Shown: positions 37,924 to 50,249 of the stretch, one piece after another
Layout: every line of letters begins with the position of its first letter
Numbering within the stretch: position 1 is the stretch's first letter
Assembly (NCBI RefSeq): GCF_964213995.1
Contig: NC_135803.1
Span: forward strand, 54,374,001-54,438,000
Length of the DNA stretch: 64,000 bases
From: Mustelus asterias
Lineage: Eukaryota
Reading direction: 5' to 3'
Translations under genes and position numbers: made by a program
The notes under the pieces: model-generated
What the model saw: only the letters and a program-made list of their open reading frames with translations
Databases searched by the model: none
What the model was told of the DNA's origin: nothing

Positions 37924-38270
37924 CATAGAAATCATAGAAACCCTACAGTGCAGAAGGAGGCCATTCGGCCCATCAAGTCTGCACCGACCACAATCCCACC
38001 CAGGCCCTACCCCCACATATTTTACCCTCTAATCCCTCTAACCTACGCATCCCAGGACTCTAAGGGGCAATTTTTTTTTCACCTGGCCAATCAACCTAAT
38101 CCGCACATCTTTGGACTGTGGGAGGAAACCGGAGAACCCGGAGGAAACCCACGCAGACATGAGGAGAATGTGCAAACTCCACACAGACAGTGACCCGAGC
38201 CGGGAATCGAACCCAGGACCCTGGAGCTGTGAAGCAGCAGTGCTAACCACTGTGCTACCGTGCCGCCCCC
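37924..38270 (-). mobile_element. Full-length young HE1 SINE
   Basis: Close to the other full-length copies; intact A and B boxes; (TTTCTATGA)n tail. Confidence 0.95.
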
Positions 38271-38394
38271 TAAGCCTTTCAGAAGGCTTTCGACAAGGTC
38301 TCCACATAACAGAGTACTATGTAAAGTTAAAGCACATGGGATTACAGGTAATGTCTTGAGACGGATAGAAAGCTGGTTAGTAGATAGGAAGCAA

Positions 38395-39551
38395 ATTTTA
38401 CCATTTTGATTCTAAGTGCTGAATCCGGGCGTGATTCAGATCCGAGTTGTAAACCTGTTCTCAGGTGCCCCCATACGCACTCAGCCTGAAAAAAAAGTCA
38501 CGAATCTGAATCGCGCTGTGGACAGGGCTTCTTGCGCCCGAAATGCTGCTGCTCTGATCAGAGCCTTCAACTGCGCATGCGCAGTTTTTAAAAATTTTAA
38601 AAATTTGAAAAGCCGATCGCGACCCCTGTCCCACTTCCCCTCCACCGATTGCCCACAGAGTGGCAGCGGACCCCCCTCCCCGCCACCAGAGATCCATCTG
38701 GTCTTCCTCCTTCTCCCCCCCCCCACCAGAGAATGATTTGGCCCTCCCCCCCCTACCCCACTCGAGAACGATCTGGCCCACCTCCCTCCCCCCCCACCAG
38801 AGAATGTTCGGGCCTCCCTCCTCCCTTCCCTCCACCAGAGAACGATCTGGCCTCCTGCCCTCCTCCCTCCCCAACCAGAGAATGATTTGGTCTCCCTCCT
38901 CCTAACCCCCACAACCATAGAACGATCCGGCCTCCCTGCACCCCTCCCCCCCACCAGTGAATGATCTGGCCTCCCTCCTCCTCCTCCCCCCCCTCAACCA
39001 GAGAACGATCTGGCCTCCCTTCCCCCCCCCCAACCAAAGAATGATCTGGCCTCCCGCCTCCTCCCCCCCACAACCTCCCCCCCCTCCAACCAGGGAATGA
39101 TGTGGCCCTCCTCCTCCCCCTCGCCCCCCAATCAGAGAACGATCTGGCCTCCCTCTTCCTTTCGATCCCCCACCCCACCTGAGAATGATCTGGCCTGCCT
39201 CCTCCTCCCCCCCCCCTCCACCAGAGAATTATCTGCCCCACCCCCACCAATCTGAGTCAGAGAGCCGCTGGAAGTTCTGGACTTATCTCTTCATAAGCTG
39301 GAGCGCCCAAAACAGACCTTTGCCGAACATGTCTGCTTTGCACTGAATCTGGACGGGCGAATGCTTTTAAATACATTTAAATTGACATCGCGCCCGTTTC
39401 AGGCATGATGTCGATCACGGCCATTTTCGGGTCTTGGTGAAGAGGGAATCGGCGTGGACACGGGTGCAGATCGTGCTATTCGCCCCAAGCCTGACCTCGC
39501 CAAGTTTTCACACCTGAAAACAGGCGCAACGCAATGGTAAAATCATTGCCC
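38395..39551. mobile_element. Non-autonomous DNA transposon (Harbinger-like MITE) with internal minisatellite
   Basis: Inverted ATTTTACCATT / AATGGTAAAAT near the ends; CR1 host sequence rejoins across it. Confidence 0.7.
38685..39250. repeat. C-rich minisatellite, about 14 units of about 40 bp
   Basis: Core CCAGAGAAYGATCTGGCC separated by variable C/T-rich spacers. Confidence 0.9.
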
Positions 39552-39607
39552 AAAGAGTTGGCGTGAATGGGTCTTTTTCTGGTTGGCATTCAGTGACTAG
39601 TGGGGTC

Positions 39608-39897
39608 ATTGCCATGCACCTTTATCTTGTGCAGCAGCTTTTTGTGCGGCGCCTCGTCAAATACCTTCTGGAAATCCAGATTCACCACATCCATAGGTTC
39701 CCCGTTGTCCATCATGCTCATAATGTCCTCAAATAATTCCACTAAATTAGTTAAATATGACCTGCCTTTCATGAACCCATGCTGTATCTTCCCATTGGAA
39801 CAATTTCTATCCAGATGTCTCGCTATCTCTTCCTTGATGATAGATTCAAGCATTTTCCCCACTACAGAAGTTAAGCTAACCGGCCTATAGTTACCCA
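39608..39897 (-). mobile_element. CR1 RT fragment
   Basis: GNYRPVSLTSVVGKMLESIIKE...QHGFMKGRSYLTNLVELFED...LDFQKVFD. Confidence 0.9.
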
Positions 39898-40409
39898 ATA
39901 ATTACAAATAGGCCACTTAAGGGCATCAAGTGGGCAAGGATGAGCTCTCATCTGAGATCTTGGCTGCCCCGGCATGAAAGTCATTGAATTGTTGGTGCGG
40001 ATGGGAACCACCGCTCTTCCCTCTCCCCAGCATGCATCCCCCCGCCACCTTGCCTATAATCCCTCCGGTGGGGGAACATAGAATTCTGGCCATAATCAAA
40101 CATGCTGACCCACAGCAAATAACTTTGCCTTCAGAAAGTACAGATCTTCTGGATTTTCTGATTTAAAAGACAGAATACAATGCAACTAACGTACAATAAA
40201 ATCCCTGAATAAACTGTTTTTTCCCATGTGTTAAATGCTGTATTTCTCAGCACAGATATTTATAAATCCACATCACTGACCTATGAATTCAGCTGTTTTT
40301 CAAGTTAACTGCTAGCGGATTGTGACCATTAACTCAACACTGATGCAAAATAGGAGTGATGATCTGGGAATTTTTATTATTGCTAATATCAGTTAATTAT
40401 GTCTTATAT

Positions 40410-40525
40410 GGGAGTTGGTTCACTCAATTGGCTGGATAGCTAGAGTATGGTAAAGAATGATGCCAGCAATGCAGGTTCAATTCCTGTACCAGCTGCAGTA
40501 GTTCATGGAGGCCTGCTTCCTTGCC
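40410..40525 (+). mobile_element. Degenerate tRNA-derived SINE head
   Basis: A-box-like TTCACTCAATTGG and B-box-like GGTTCAATTCC. Confidence 0.4.
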
Positions 40526-41945
40526 TTGCCCCATGCTGTTCCAGAACAACTACAACACTGGCATCTACCTGGCAATGTGGAAAATTGCCCAGGTATGTCC
40601 TGGACACAAAAAACAGGATAAATCCAACCTGGCCAATTACTGCCCCATCAGTCTACTCTCAATCATCAGTAAAGCGATAAAAGGCATTATCAACTGTGCA
40701 ATCAAGCAGCACTTGTTTCAACAACTTGCTCACTGACACTCAGTTTGGGTTCCACCAGGGCCACTCAGCTCCTGACCTCATTACATTCTTAATTCAAACA
40801 TGGACAAAAGAGCTGAACTCTAGAGGTGAGGTGAGAGCGACTGCCCTTGATATCAAGGCCTCATTTGACTGAGTGTGGCATCAAGGGGCTCTACCAAAAC
40901 TGGAGTCAATGGGGATCAGGGGGAAAATTCTCTGCTGGTTGAAGTCATAGATAGCTCAAAAGAAGATTACTGTGGTTGTTAGAGGTCAATCATTTCAGCC
41001 TAAGGACTTCATGGCAGGAGTTCCTCAGGGTAATGTTAATGCCCACTCATCTTCAGCTAGTTCATCAATGGCCTTCCTTCCATCATAAGGTCAGAAGTGG
41101 GGGTATTTGCTGATGATTGCACAATGTTCAGCACAATTCACGACTCCTCAGACACTGTAGCAATCCATATCCAAATGCAACAAGACCTGGACAATATCCA
41201 GGCTTGGGCTGACAAGTGACAAGTAACCCAAATGCTAAGCAATGACCAACTCCAACAAGAGAGAATCTAACCATCGCCACTTGATATTCAATGGCATTAC
41301 CATAACTGAATCCCCCACTATCAACATCCTGGAGCTTACCATTGACCTGAAACTGAACTGGACCAGCCATATAAATACTGTGGCTACAAAAGCAAGTCAG
41401 AGGCTACGAATTCTGTGGCAACTAACTCAGCTCCTGACTCCACAAGGTTGGTCCACAATCTACAAGGCACAAGTCAAGCGTGTGATGGAATATTCTCCAC
41501 TTGTCTGGATGAAAGCAGCTTCAACAATACTCAAGAAACTTGACAAAGCAGCCCACTTGATGAGCATCCCTTGCGCCAACATTCACTCCGTCCACCACTG
41601 ACACATAGTAGCAACAATATGTACCTTTTACAAGATGTACTACAGGTTCCTTAGACAACACCCTTCAAACCCACAACCAGGACCATCTAGAAGGATAAGG
41701 GCAGCAGATACTTGGAAACACCACCACTTCTGTTCCCCTCCAAACCATTCACCATCCTACCTTGGAAATATATCACCATTACTTCACTGTCGCCAGGTCA
41801 AACTCTCTCCCGAACAGCATCATGGGTGTATCTATGCCAGATGGACTGCAGCGGTTCAAGAACATCGCACACCACCACCTTCTCAAGGGCAATTAGCTGA
41901 ATGCAGGCCATGCCAGCAAAGCCCACATCCCTTGAATGATTCTTT
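40525..41945 (+). mobile_element. CR1-group LINE 3' half whose tail matches the Deu-SINE tail
   Basis: WKIAQVCPGHKKQDKSNLANYCPISLLS, QFGF, LDIKASFD, FADD, IYKAQVKRVMEYSPLVW; tail AAGGGCAATTAG...GCCCACATCCCTTGAATGA. Confidence 0.85.
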
Positions 41946-42316
41946 TAAAAAGTGTTTGCTACGGACTGTGCCTCTAGATCTATATAAGTACTTGTCTGTC
42001 TCAAACGGAGAGAGATGCCGATGCTCCATCATGGACAATAGCTAATTACCATTTTATAGCACCATGCTATGGATACATAGTGGATTGACACAATTGTAAT
42101 CTATTCTTAACATCATTACAAACTGTTGTAGAAGTGTTATTTACTATAATTAGGATAAATACGTATTGACATTCTTGTTTTAATCTCGACATTTATCCTT
42201 CAGTTATAGACAATTCCAGTTAATTATTGCCTGAGGTCTGATAATTAAGTTTGAGTGAAACAGATCATGAAATTCTCATTTTTGCCCTATGACTTCACTG
42301 GTAAGGTTGTTGAGTG

Positions 42317-42655
42317 TCATAGAATAGAATCATAGAATCATAGAATTATACAGCACAGAAGGAGGCCATTCAGCCCATCGAGTCTGCACCAACCATAATT
42401 ACTCCCAGGCCCTATCCCCACAACCCCATGCATTTACCATAGCTGGTCCTTCTGACACTAAGGGGCAATTTAGCATCACCAATCCACCTAACCCGCACAT
42501 CTTTCGGACTGTGGGGCGAAACCAGAGTAACCGGGGTAAACCCACGCAGACACGGGGAGAACGTGCAAACTCCACACAGACAGTGACACAAGCTGGGAAT
42601 CGAACCCAGGTCCCGGGCGCTGTGAGGCAGCAGTGCCAACCACTGTGCCATGCCA
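42317..42655 (-). mobile_element. HE1 SINE
   Basis: Repeated TCATAGAA tail units, V-domain and tRNA head on the minus strand. Confidence 0.93.
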
Positions 42656-43379
42656 TCATGATCAAGTTCCATATGAGTCTGAAGATGCAAGGTAATTTTG
42701 AAGTTCCTAATTCTTCCACATGGACCTCCTGACTCTCGATATTGCAGCTCTGTGCTGAACTCTGACCTCTTCAAGTACCTGGAATTTTCTTAAGCATACT
42801 TTGCTTAACTGTACCTGTACACGTCAGTACTCCACTCACTCTTCAAAATATCTTCAAGACATCATTTTGAAGTACATTTTCAGACCAAAATAAAGGAAAT
42901 TTCATACGATTGCTTATTCTGTAATACTGATTGGTTTCCCTGTTGGTTGGCATTGCCACTGTTAATTATCTCTGTATCCTGTCCTAAAAGCGCATTAATG
43001 CACAAGCTTTCTACAATTTTGAACAGGCAAAGAACATTCATTCTGATCAACAACAACTGTTTTCTCTACTTCTCTCCAAGTTCCTTGAAAGACATATTTA
43101 CTTATCTGCCAGAATACCATTCAATACAGAACAATAAACAATGATTAGTACAAGTAGCATTTAATTCATTCATTTCAGATACTGAGTTACATTTTTCATA
43201 TATATATATCTCACTAATCCAGCAGCTTTTTTTGGTCAACACTGTCACAGTAATGGTGTGCTTCTTATTATCAAATTTTGCCTTGCTACTCTTCTGGTAC
43301 TTTCCTTCTTTTCATGTCTCACCTTATTCCGGACTGCCCTCTCCGCCCCCCTCCCCTGCCCCCATCTCTTATTAAATGT

Positions 43380-45070
43380 CTTTATTCTCTACCACCTATC
43401 CAAGAAATTTTCATGAATTCCCTCCCTCAACATCTGCACAAAGCGATGTCTCAACCTCGGTGACTTCAACCTCCATTTTAACTCACCTCTGAGTTCAGTG
43501 CCTTCTTATCCTCATTTCCATTGCTCCCTCCATGTAAATTCATGGCCACCTGTTGACCTTGCCACTTCACCTGGTCTCGCTACTCCCATTATGGCAATTA
43601 CAGATAAGACTAGCTCTGATCACTTCCTTGTGTCACTCTCCACCCAAACCTCCCCTTCCCATTCCAACATGACTTCCTTTTGTGTCCACCCCGGAAGAAA
43701 ACTTTCCCCCAATTAAGTTACAACTGCACATTCAAAATCCCAACGATCTAGCTTTTGTCCTTCAATTCTTCACCACATTTCTGCAGCTATTGATTTGTTC
43801 AAATTCAACCTTAGCTCCACTTTTGATACCTGCATCCCAACTAAACCCACTACTCTCTCTCACCCTGGCCATTCTCCCTCGTGAGGCCCTTATCTCTACT
43901 CCCTTAACTTCAAAGGAGGCAAACTTATAAGGTTATAGTGGATAACCGCTTTAGCCATTCACTGCAAATTTGACTGGACCATATAAAGCTCAAACAGCTC
44001 CTGTTCTCATCTGCAAAAGCTGCTCACTCCAGAATGCAAAAATAACCTGTGGCTTCTTTTTATTACTGCAAACCGTTTCTTTAAACCCTGCTCCCTCATC
44101 TCTTCAACCTCTAAAAATAAGTGCAATGAGCTCATGTGTTTCTTTGTCACTAAGATTGAGACACATCTGATCAGCTGCCTCTGCCACTTCCCACTAGGCC
44201 AAGCTTCTTCTTGAGCTCTGCCACCCTAACCTGGAACTAGAATTTTTCTTTAGCTTCTCTCCCATCTCCACTCATGCCCCGTCCAAGAAGCCAACCTTTT
44301 GCTCCCTTGATCCTTTTCCCACTAAACCGGTATCCAGCTAATTTCCCTCCCTGGTCCCAAAGAACGAAGGCTGATATTTTCTCTCTCTTCAGGTACTGTC
44401 TCCTCTCCTTCAAATCTGCCATCAGCAGCTCTCCCCTCAAAGAACCAACACTTGACCCCACCCTGCTTCTAAATTACTGCCAATCTCCAACCCACTTCCC
44501 TCTCCAAAGATCTTAAACGCGTTGCCACCTCCCAAATCCAAGCAGATCTTTCCTAAAACTCCATGTTTGTATCCCTCCAATCAGATGTCCGCCTTTGCCA
44601 CAGCACCCAAACGGCTCTAATCATAGTCACAAATGACACAAGGATAAACTATCCTTCTTAGTCCGTCTGGATCTGTCTGCAGCCTTACATAGTTATCTTC
44701 CTTTGTTTGTAAATCCCTCCATGGTTCAACCCCTCCCCACCTCTAGCCCCATAACCGTCAAGATATCTGCTCTGCCCTAACCATTTCCTCTCTGGCATCC
44801 CCAGTTGTAACTGCTCCAACATTGATGGCCGTGTATTCAGCTACCTGAGTCCTGAGCTCTTGAATCCCCTCCCTAAAGTTCTCTTCCTTTCCACCTCTCT
44901 TTCTGCTTTCAAGATGCTCCTTAAAATCCATCCATTGTCCGAGATTTTGAGCTGCCATTAATATTGCCTTATATAGCTCTGTGTCAAATGTTGTTTCGTA
45001 ATATCCCTGTGGTGTCTTGGAATGAATGTTTTGTTACATTAAAGACTATAAAAATACAAGTTTTTGTTGT
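43380..45070 (+). mobile_element. Highly decayed L2-group LINE (endonuclease to tail, internal deletions)
   Basis: CTCGGTGACTTCAAC (LGDFN), SSDHFLV, CACAGCACCCAAACGGCTCTAATC (HST.TAL); L2-type tail. Confidence 0.7.
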
Positions 45071-45412
45071 TATTATAAAATAATATCTGCATTTTGTTTC
45101 TCTTTATTGATGGTGTTGACGTTTGGGTTCTCTAATTTGTTTCCTGAAACAAAGAGGATGAAATTTAACTCACTGTCGCTTGTTTTGTCAAATGAACTGT
45201 TGCAAAACAGACTGGGGAGTTAGCTGCTTCGACTGCCCCATTGATGCCCAAGGCCCAGCTAGCTGAAGGTGAACATTTAAATGGGCAAGCCTGGAATAGG
45301 TGTTCAGAATTCTTAAACATATTCGGTTCCTATAATGGTGGGAGGAACCTTTGGCAAAATTCAGGTACAAGTGGATGGGGCATGTGTGTTTATTTTCTGT
45401 CCAGACATCAAG

Positions 45413-45655
45413 TAGAATCACAGAATCCCTACAGTACAGAAGGATGCCTTTTGACCCATCTGCTCCAACAACAATCCCACCCAGGCCCTATCCCTGTAAC
45501 CCAATGTATTTACCCTGCTAATCCCCCTGACACTAAGGGGCAATTTACCATGGCCAAGCAACCTAACCTGCACATCTATGGAGTGCGGGAGGAAACTGGA
45601 GCACCCGGAGAAGACCGATGCAGATATGCGAAGAACCTGCAAACTCCACACAGAA
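45413..45655 (-). mobile_element. 5'-truncated HE1 SINE
   Basis: Tail AGAATCCCTACAGTACAGAAGG plus V-domain on the minus strand. Confidence 0.85.
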
Positions 45656-47843
45656 GTAGAAATTCTCCAGGTGGATCCATAAACAATCTCTGTACCATTA
45701 CCAATATTAGTTAAAATGATCATTTCACCCCCCCCCCCCGCCCTCCCCATACCCTCCCCCTCCCCCCATCACCGCAATGTCTTAAGCCAGTTATATTCCA
45801 CATTTTACATCATTGTGAAATGGCTTTGGTTTCCTATCTAAGTGAAACTGAGCAATCGGGTTCAATTTGAAGTTACTTCAACCAAATTTACAGAAGCAGC
45901 ATGAGACCACATTGAAAAAAGTTGCATGAGTTTGCATGAACTGTAGTATAACTGTCATCAAACTGAAAATCAAATTTTAAAGAATTTCCAATAAGCCGAA
46001 TGTAAAACAGACTTGGTGGACCACACGAAGCAATTTTTGGAAGAAACAGAAGTTCACAGTGGTTAAAATTAATTCCGTTTTTCTCCATGGAAAGATAGCT
46101 TCTGATTCATTCCGAACAGGAATTCATAATTCATGGGTGCTGATGAGTGAGTTAAAACATAGATAGAATGCTTCAATGAGCTCTGATACAATCTACCCAA
46201 AATGCCAAGTTATGGATTAAGTATTCAATATGAAATAAAATATTGACTTCAACCCAACATAAAGAGAAGTAATAATGTATTGAAACATATGAAAAGGAAG
46301 AAGCTCTTTGATGTGGCAGGTGGACAGAATTTTTGTAAGAGCATTGACCAATGAGGTCTCTGTTAGTACTTGGTGCACTGAATGAATCCAGAATGATGAG
46401 CACCAAAGCATCATTATTATTCCCATACCAAGAGACAATAAATCACTCTGCAAAACCTATCAGGGAATCACGTTTGTCAATTCCTAGTAAAGCCTTTTGC
46501 AAAATGATTTTTTCTGAGAATAATATCTGCCATTGACAAGCTGTTTAAAAAACAGCTCTGTGTCTGGCAACAATGTTCCTGCATCGGCTAAATTTTCAGT
46601 CTGCACTTGCTTGTCAAAAAATGACTTTGATTTCAGATTCCCATTGTAGCAAATGTTATTGATTTTTAAAAATACCTTTGATTAAGTACAAAGATCAAAC
46701 ATGTGGAAAATTGCATGTCTTGTTTTCTTGCTTTTGATTCCAATTCTTCTGCGGACTTTCTTCTCTTTCTTCTCCTTTCCTTAATGCAAGTGGTTGTCTC
46801 AAGAGTTTGGATCTTGGTCAGCATAATTCAGTTGCAAAAGAGCAGTATTTTTGACACCACAGATGTCACTTCTAGTGCTGGCTATGCTGCGTGCCATTTT
46901 GTTCCAGACCTTTTATGCAAGAACAGGGAATGTGCACCAAAGGTATGCAGTGTAGGCAGACTGATGTGAAGCCTGGGGTGCCATTTTTGGCCAAATGCTC
47001 CAGTTAATGCGCATTCAGCAGCTAGAAGAACGTGTGACACACTATTCCCCGCTGTGGTTCAGGAAGGAGAAATGCGCCTGCAATTCCCTGGGAGATATAG
47101 GGCCATCTGCTGAAACCCTTTCTCTCCCTCCTCCTTCTCTCTCTTCAAGCAGCTTTTCCCACTCTCTGTCACCTTTACTCATTCTCCCTGTCATGTTGCA
47201 GTCCAACAGGGATGGAAACCTGCTTCCAGAACTGGAAGTAAATGCCACAGCAGAATGACTGAAGTGAGAACCAAGGGCTTCATCAATGTGCCACACCACC
47301 AAATCCTTCTACAAACTTAGTGAGTGAAAACCTATTAACAGCTAAAGGTAATGGATAATTCCTTTAAATAGTCTGGGGGCAGGGTCCTTTGTACCATTGA
47401 ATGCATGTTCAGCTTTGGGAGGTTAAGAGTAGGAGCAAGTGTGGTCTGAAGCATGGACCAAGATGGCGGCACCGTTGTCAAACACGTGCTACATGCTCAT
47501 TGACATCACTATCTGCTAGCTCTGCAAGGCTGCAAACAGTCATTAGATGTGCACGCACAATCCCCTTTCCAAATATTTACCAGGAATTTGCTGTTAGAAT
47601 GGAGGTCCTGAGGTCAGGCAGATATGCATGTCTTGACACACGGGATGGGTCTTCCCTCTGTATTTTCTCATCAACAATGAAGGGACTGCTGTCAAATGAG
47701 CCTATGAATCAACAGCGGCAGGAGGATTCTGGTATCGGCAGCTCACACGCAGCTGGAATTTTTAAATGCACCTGTGCAACAGTTAAGCAGCTTGAACCCA
47801 GAGGCAACAAGGAGGGGTGATCAGTTGCGATGGAAGTATGGAA

Positions 47844-48070
47844 ATGGAGACAGAATGAGGAAAGGTCACCCTACACTTCAACAATGCCACCTTTGAGGCA
47901 GTTCTGGAAGCTGTCTATGAAAGGAGGAATGTTCTCTTCGCTGAAGAGGAGAGGGGGAAACCAGCAAGTGTCACCAAGAAGATATGGCTGGAGGTGACAG
48001 ACATCGTGAACAACCAAGGTGTCATTGCCAGATACCAGATCCAGTGAAGAATGAAGTGCAATGATCAGCA
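47844..48070 (+). pseudogene. Harbinger Myb/SANT-like DNA-binding domain pseudogene
   Basis: METE*GKVTLHFNNATFEAVLEAVYERRNVLF...KPASVTKKIWLEVTDIVNNQGVIARYQIQ*RMKCND; two in-frame stops, so absent from the ORF track. Confidence 0.8.
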
Positions 48071-49009
48071 TCAGTCTGGATACACAAGTAGTCAACAGTC
48101 TGCTACTAGAAGCACACTATTAAGTGACAGGCCCTCATGAAATCTGAGGCTAGGAGGTAGGCCATGCATGGGACAACACCAGAAACCAGTGTTAACATTA
48201 AGGCATCCAGTTAAAACCAGGTTCAGGCATGGGTGAATGCTACATTGATTTGGCTGAATGGCCGCCTCAACATGCCACACCAGTGGTGCAGAATTGCATA
48301 TCTACAGTGCCTCAGAGTGAACGATACATTGCTGATCGGTCAGTACTGATATTGCCTATGTTAATGCTTGCAGGGGATGGGTGTTATGAATACCAGGGAG
48401 TGCCAATGGACCAGGGGTAGATTTGTTGATATGATTGTGGTGACATAAATGGAAGAGCAGGTTGTGCAGATGGGAAGGGTCACTGCAAGATAGCCTGTTA
48501 CTGAGGACAAGGCAGGGGTGGAGGCTCTGGAGAGTGCATAAAGACTTGTTTGCATCCAACATTCCCTGCAGCATGTCTGGCATGTGGTACCTATCTGGGT
48601 TGTCACCATTACTGTACATTCCTGAGCAAAGAGAAGCAAGAGGCCTCGGTTGAAGGACCTCATGTTTCACCTTCATGATTTATCTGCAGCAGGTCCAGCA
48701 GCAGATGAGGGACAGATGAAGAATACAGCCACATTTGAAAGCTCACAGGATGTAACATCATCTGAAAACACTGCTTCACTTCATTCCTGTGCATCCTCCA
48801 CCAGAGTCAGTGGGTTTTGCTGCATGTGCAGAATGGGAGGCACAGTCTGTGGGCACTTCACGGACATGCAGGAGGAACGCAGGAAGTAACAGCTATGGTC
48901 ATTTCCCCTTGGAGGAGTGAGGAGAGACCTTGTGATGCTCAGCTTCATGCATAATGCCGAGTTTCAGATATCATCTTCAAACCAGCTGAGGCTCCACTGA
49001 TGCAGCAAA

Positions 49010-49357
49010 TGTGGGACTTGCATGGGGAATCACTGATTGACTTCCCTGTAGGACTCTTTTAATACGAGCTCCTTAGGGCCAGCAGGAGAGCTCACGGGAG
49101 TTGGACCCCAGGGCCTTGGCCATTACCGACGCCGGCGCCTCCCACGTGGGTCACTCCGACACTTTCGCCATAATTAACTCACCAGGTGGAGTTCGTATAC
49201 CAAGCCCTGTATAAAGTAGGCCCCTGAGTGGGTCCATTATTGTATTGTCCCAGTTGGGACCTGTTTGCGTTCACCACAGGCTTGTGGTTTTGCTTTACTT
49301 TACTTTGTGCAATAAAGCACTGTTCCTTTACAGCCAATTCCTGGACTTATTATCACA
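49010..49357 (+). mobile_element. Short solo-LTR-like insertion
   Basis: TGTG...CACA ends, TATAAAG at about 49210, AATAAA at about 49311, CpG-rich; host frame QQMCEELLK rejoins across it. Confidence 0.65.
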
Positions 49358-49561
49358 TGTGTGAGGAACTGCTGAAATTCCCAGATGCAGTGAAGTCCCC
49401 TGCTCAAACAGTGGAAGATTCCATTCATGAATCGAGTGAATCCATTTCTCTCACACATGAACATATTCCATTATCACTGAGAGTGGCGACCCTCATGGAG
49501 AGTAGGAGCAAGTGGATGCTGGGATTTTGAGTGGATATCCAGAGCATGGTCTCATCAATAT

Positions 49562-49725
49562 AGTAAGAAGTTTAACAACACCAGGTTAAAGTCCAACAGG
49601 TTTATTTGGTAGCAAAAGTGTGGCTTTTAGTGTGGCTTTTGCTACCAAATAAACCTGTTGGACTTTAACCTGGTGTTGTTAAACTTCTTACTGTGTTTAC
49701 CCCAGTCCAACGCCGGCATCTCCAC
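49562..49725. mobile_element. Penelope-derived hairpin element, copy 3 (opposite orientation, ribozyme core deleted)
   Basis: Inverted arms AGTAAGAAGTTTAACAACACCAGG.../...CCTGGTGTTGTTAAACTTCTTACT; TSD CTCATCAATAT at 49551-49561 and 49726-49736. Confidence 0.85.
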
Positions 49726-50249
49726 CTCATCAATATGCTCAGGGCAGTGATGGATCCTAAATATACACACATATTTATGTGTTATCAATTAGCACTTAAT
49801 GTTCAACTATATGAAACTCAGAAGCTCTTCATGGGACCTACTGAGCATATAATTTATAATAGTGAAAATCGCCCTTAAATATCGTCATCAATGGACAACA
49901 TTCAAGTCGCCGATTAAACAAGCTGCCAATCAACAGGGACTCATGCTGGCAGCCCGCCTATTTCATGATAATGAGGAACCCTGCAGTTTCATCTGCTAAC
50001 TATGTCCATGTAATTAGGTGCATACTGTCAGCTTACATTCTTACGGTAAAATCTGTTTATCCCTTATTTTCGGCAATCACTCTTTTCAAAGGCCATTAGG
50101 CCAAATTGTATTATGTCTGTCATTTGCTTGTGTGGAATTTTAAATGAAATGGATAGAGAATGGCCAGCACTTGATTTTACAACAGATGTTTGTTTTTATT
50201 CAGTTTGTTAAGTATACAATCTATTCTATACATTCTTGTTGTTATATGA

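Larger units (their letters stand above)
37666..39605 (+). mobile_element. CR1 RT fragment split into three pieces (37666-37923, 38271-38394, 39552-39605) by younger insertions
   Basis: NYRPVSL, QHGITKGKSCLSNLLEFFEDVT, VDVVY | FQKAFDKV, W...RKQ | RVGVNG. Confidence 0.85.
46840..49880. mobile_element. Second decayed PIF/Harbinger element, divergent gene layout
   Basis: Transposase N-terminal remnant on - (about 47030-47240, ...HFSFLNHSGE); Myb/SANT gene on + from 47844. Boundaries approximate. Confidence 0.65.

Noticed and set aside
38685-39250. CRISPR-like repeat-spacer array
   Set aside because: Spacers are low-complexity C-runs related to each other, the repeats are degenerate, there are no cas genes, and the context is a vertebrate transposon.
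38461-39250. Gly/Arg-rich and Pro-rich ORFs
   Set aside because: Artefacts of translating the minisatellite.
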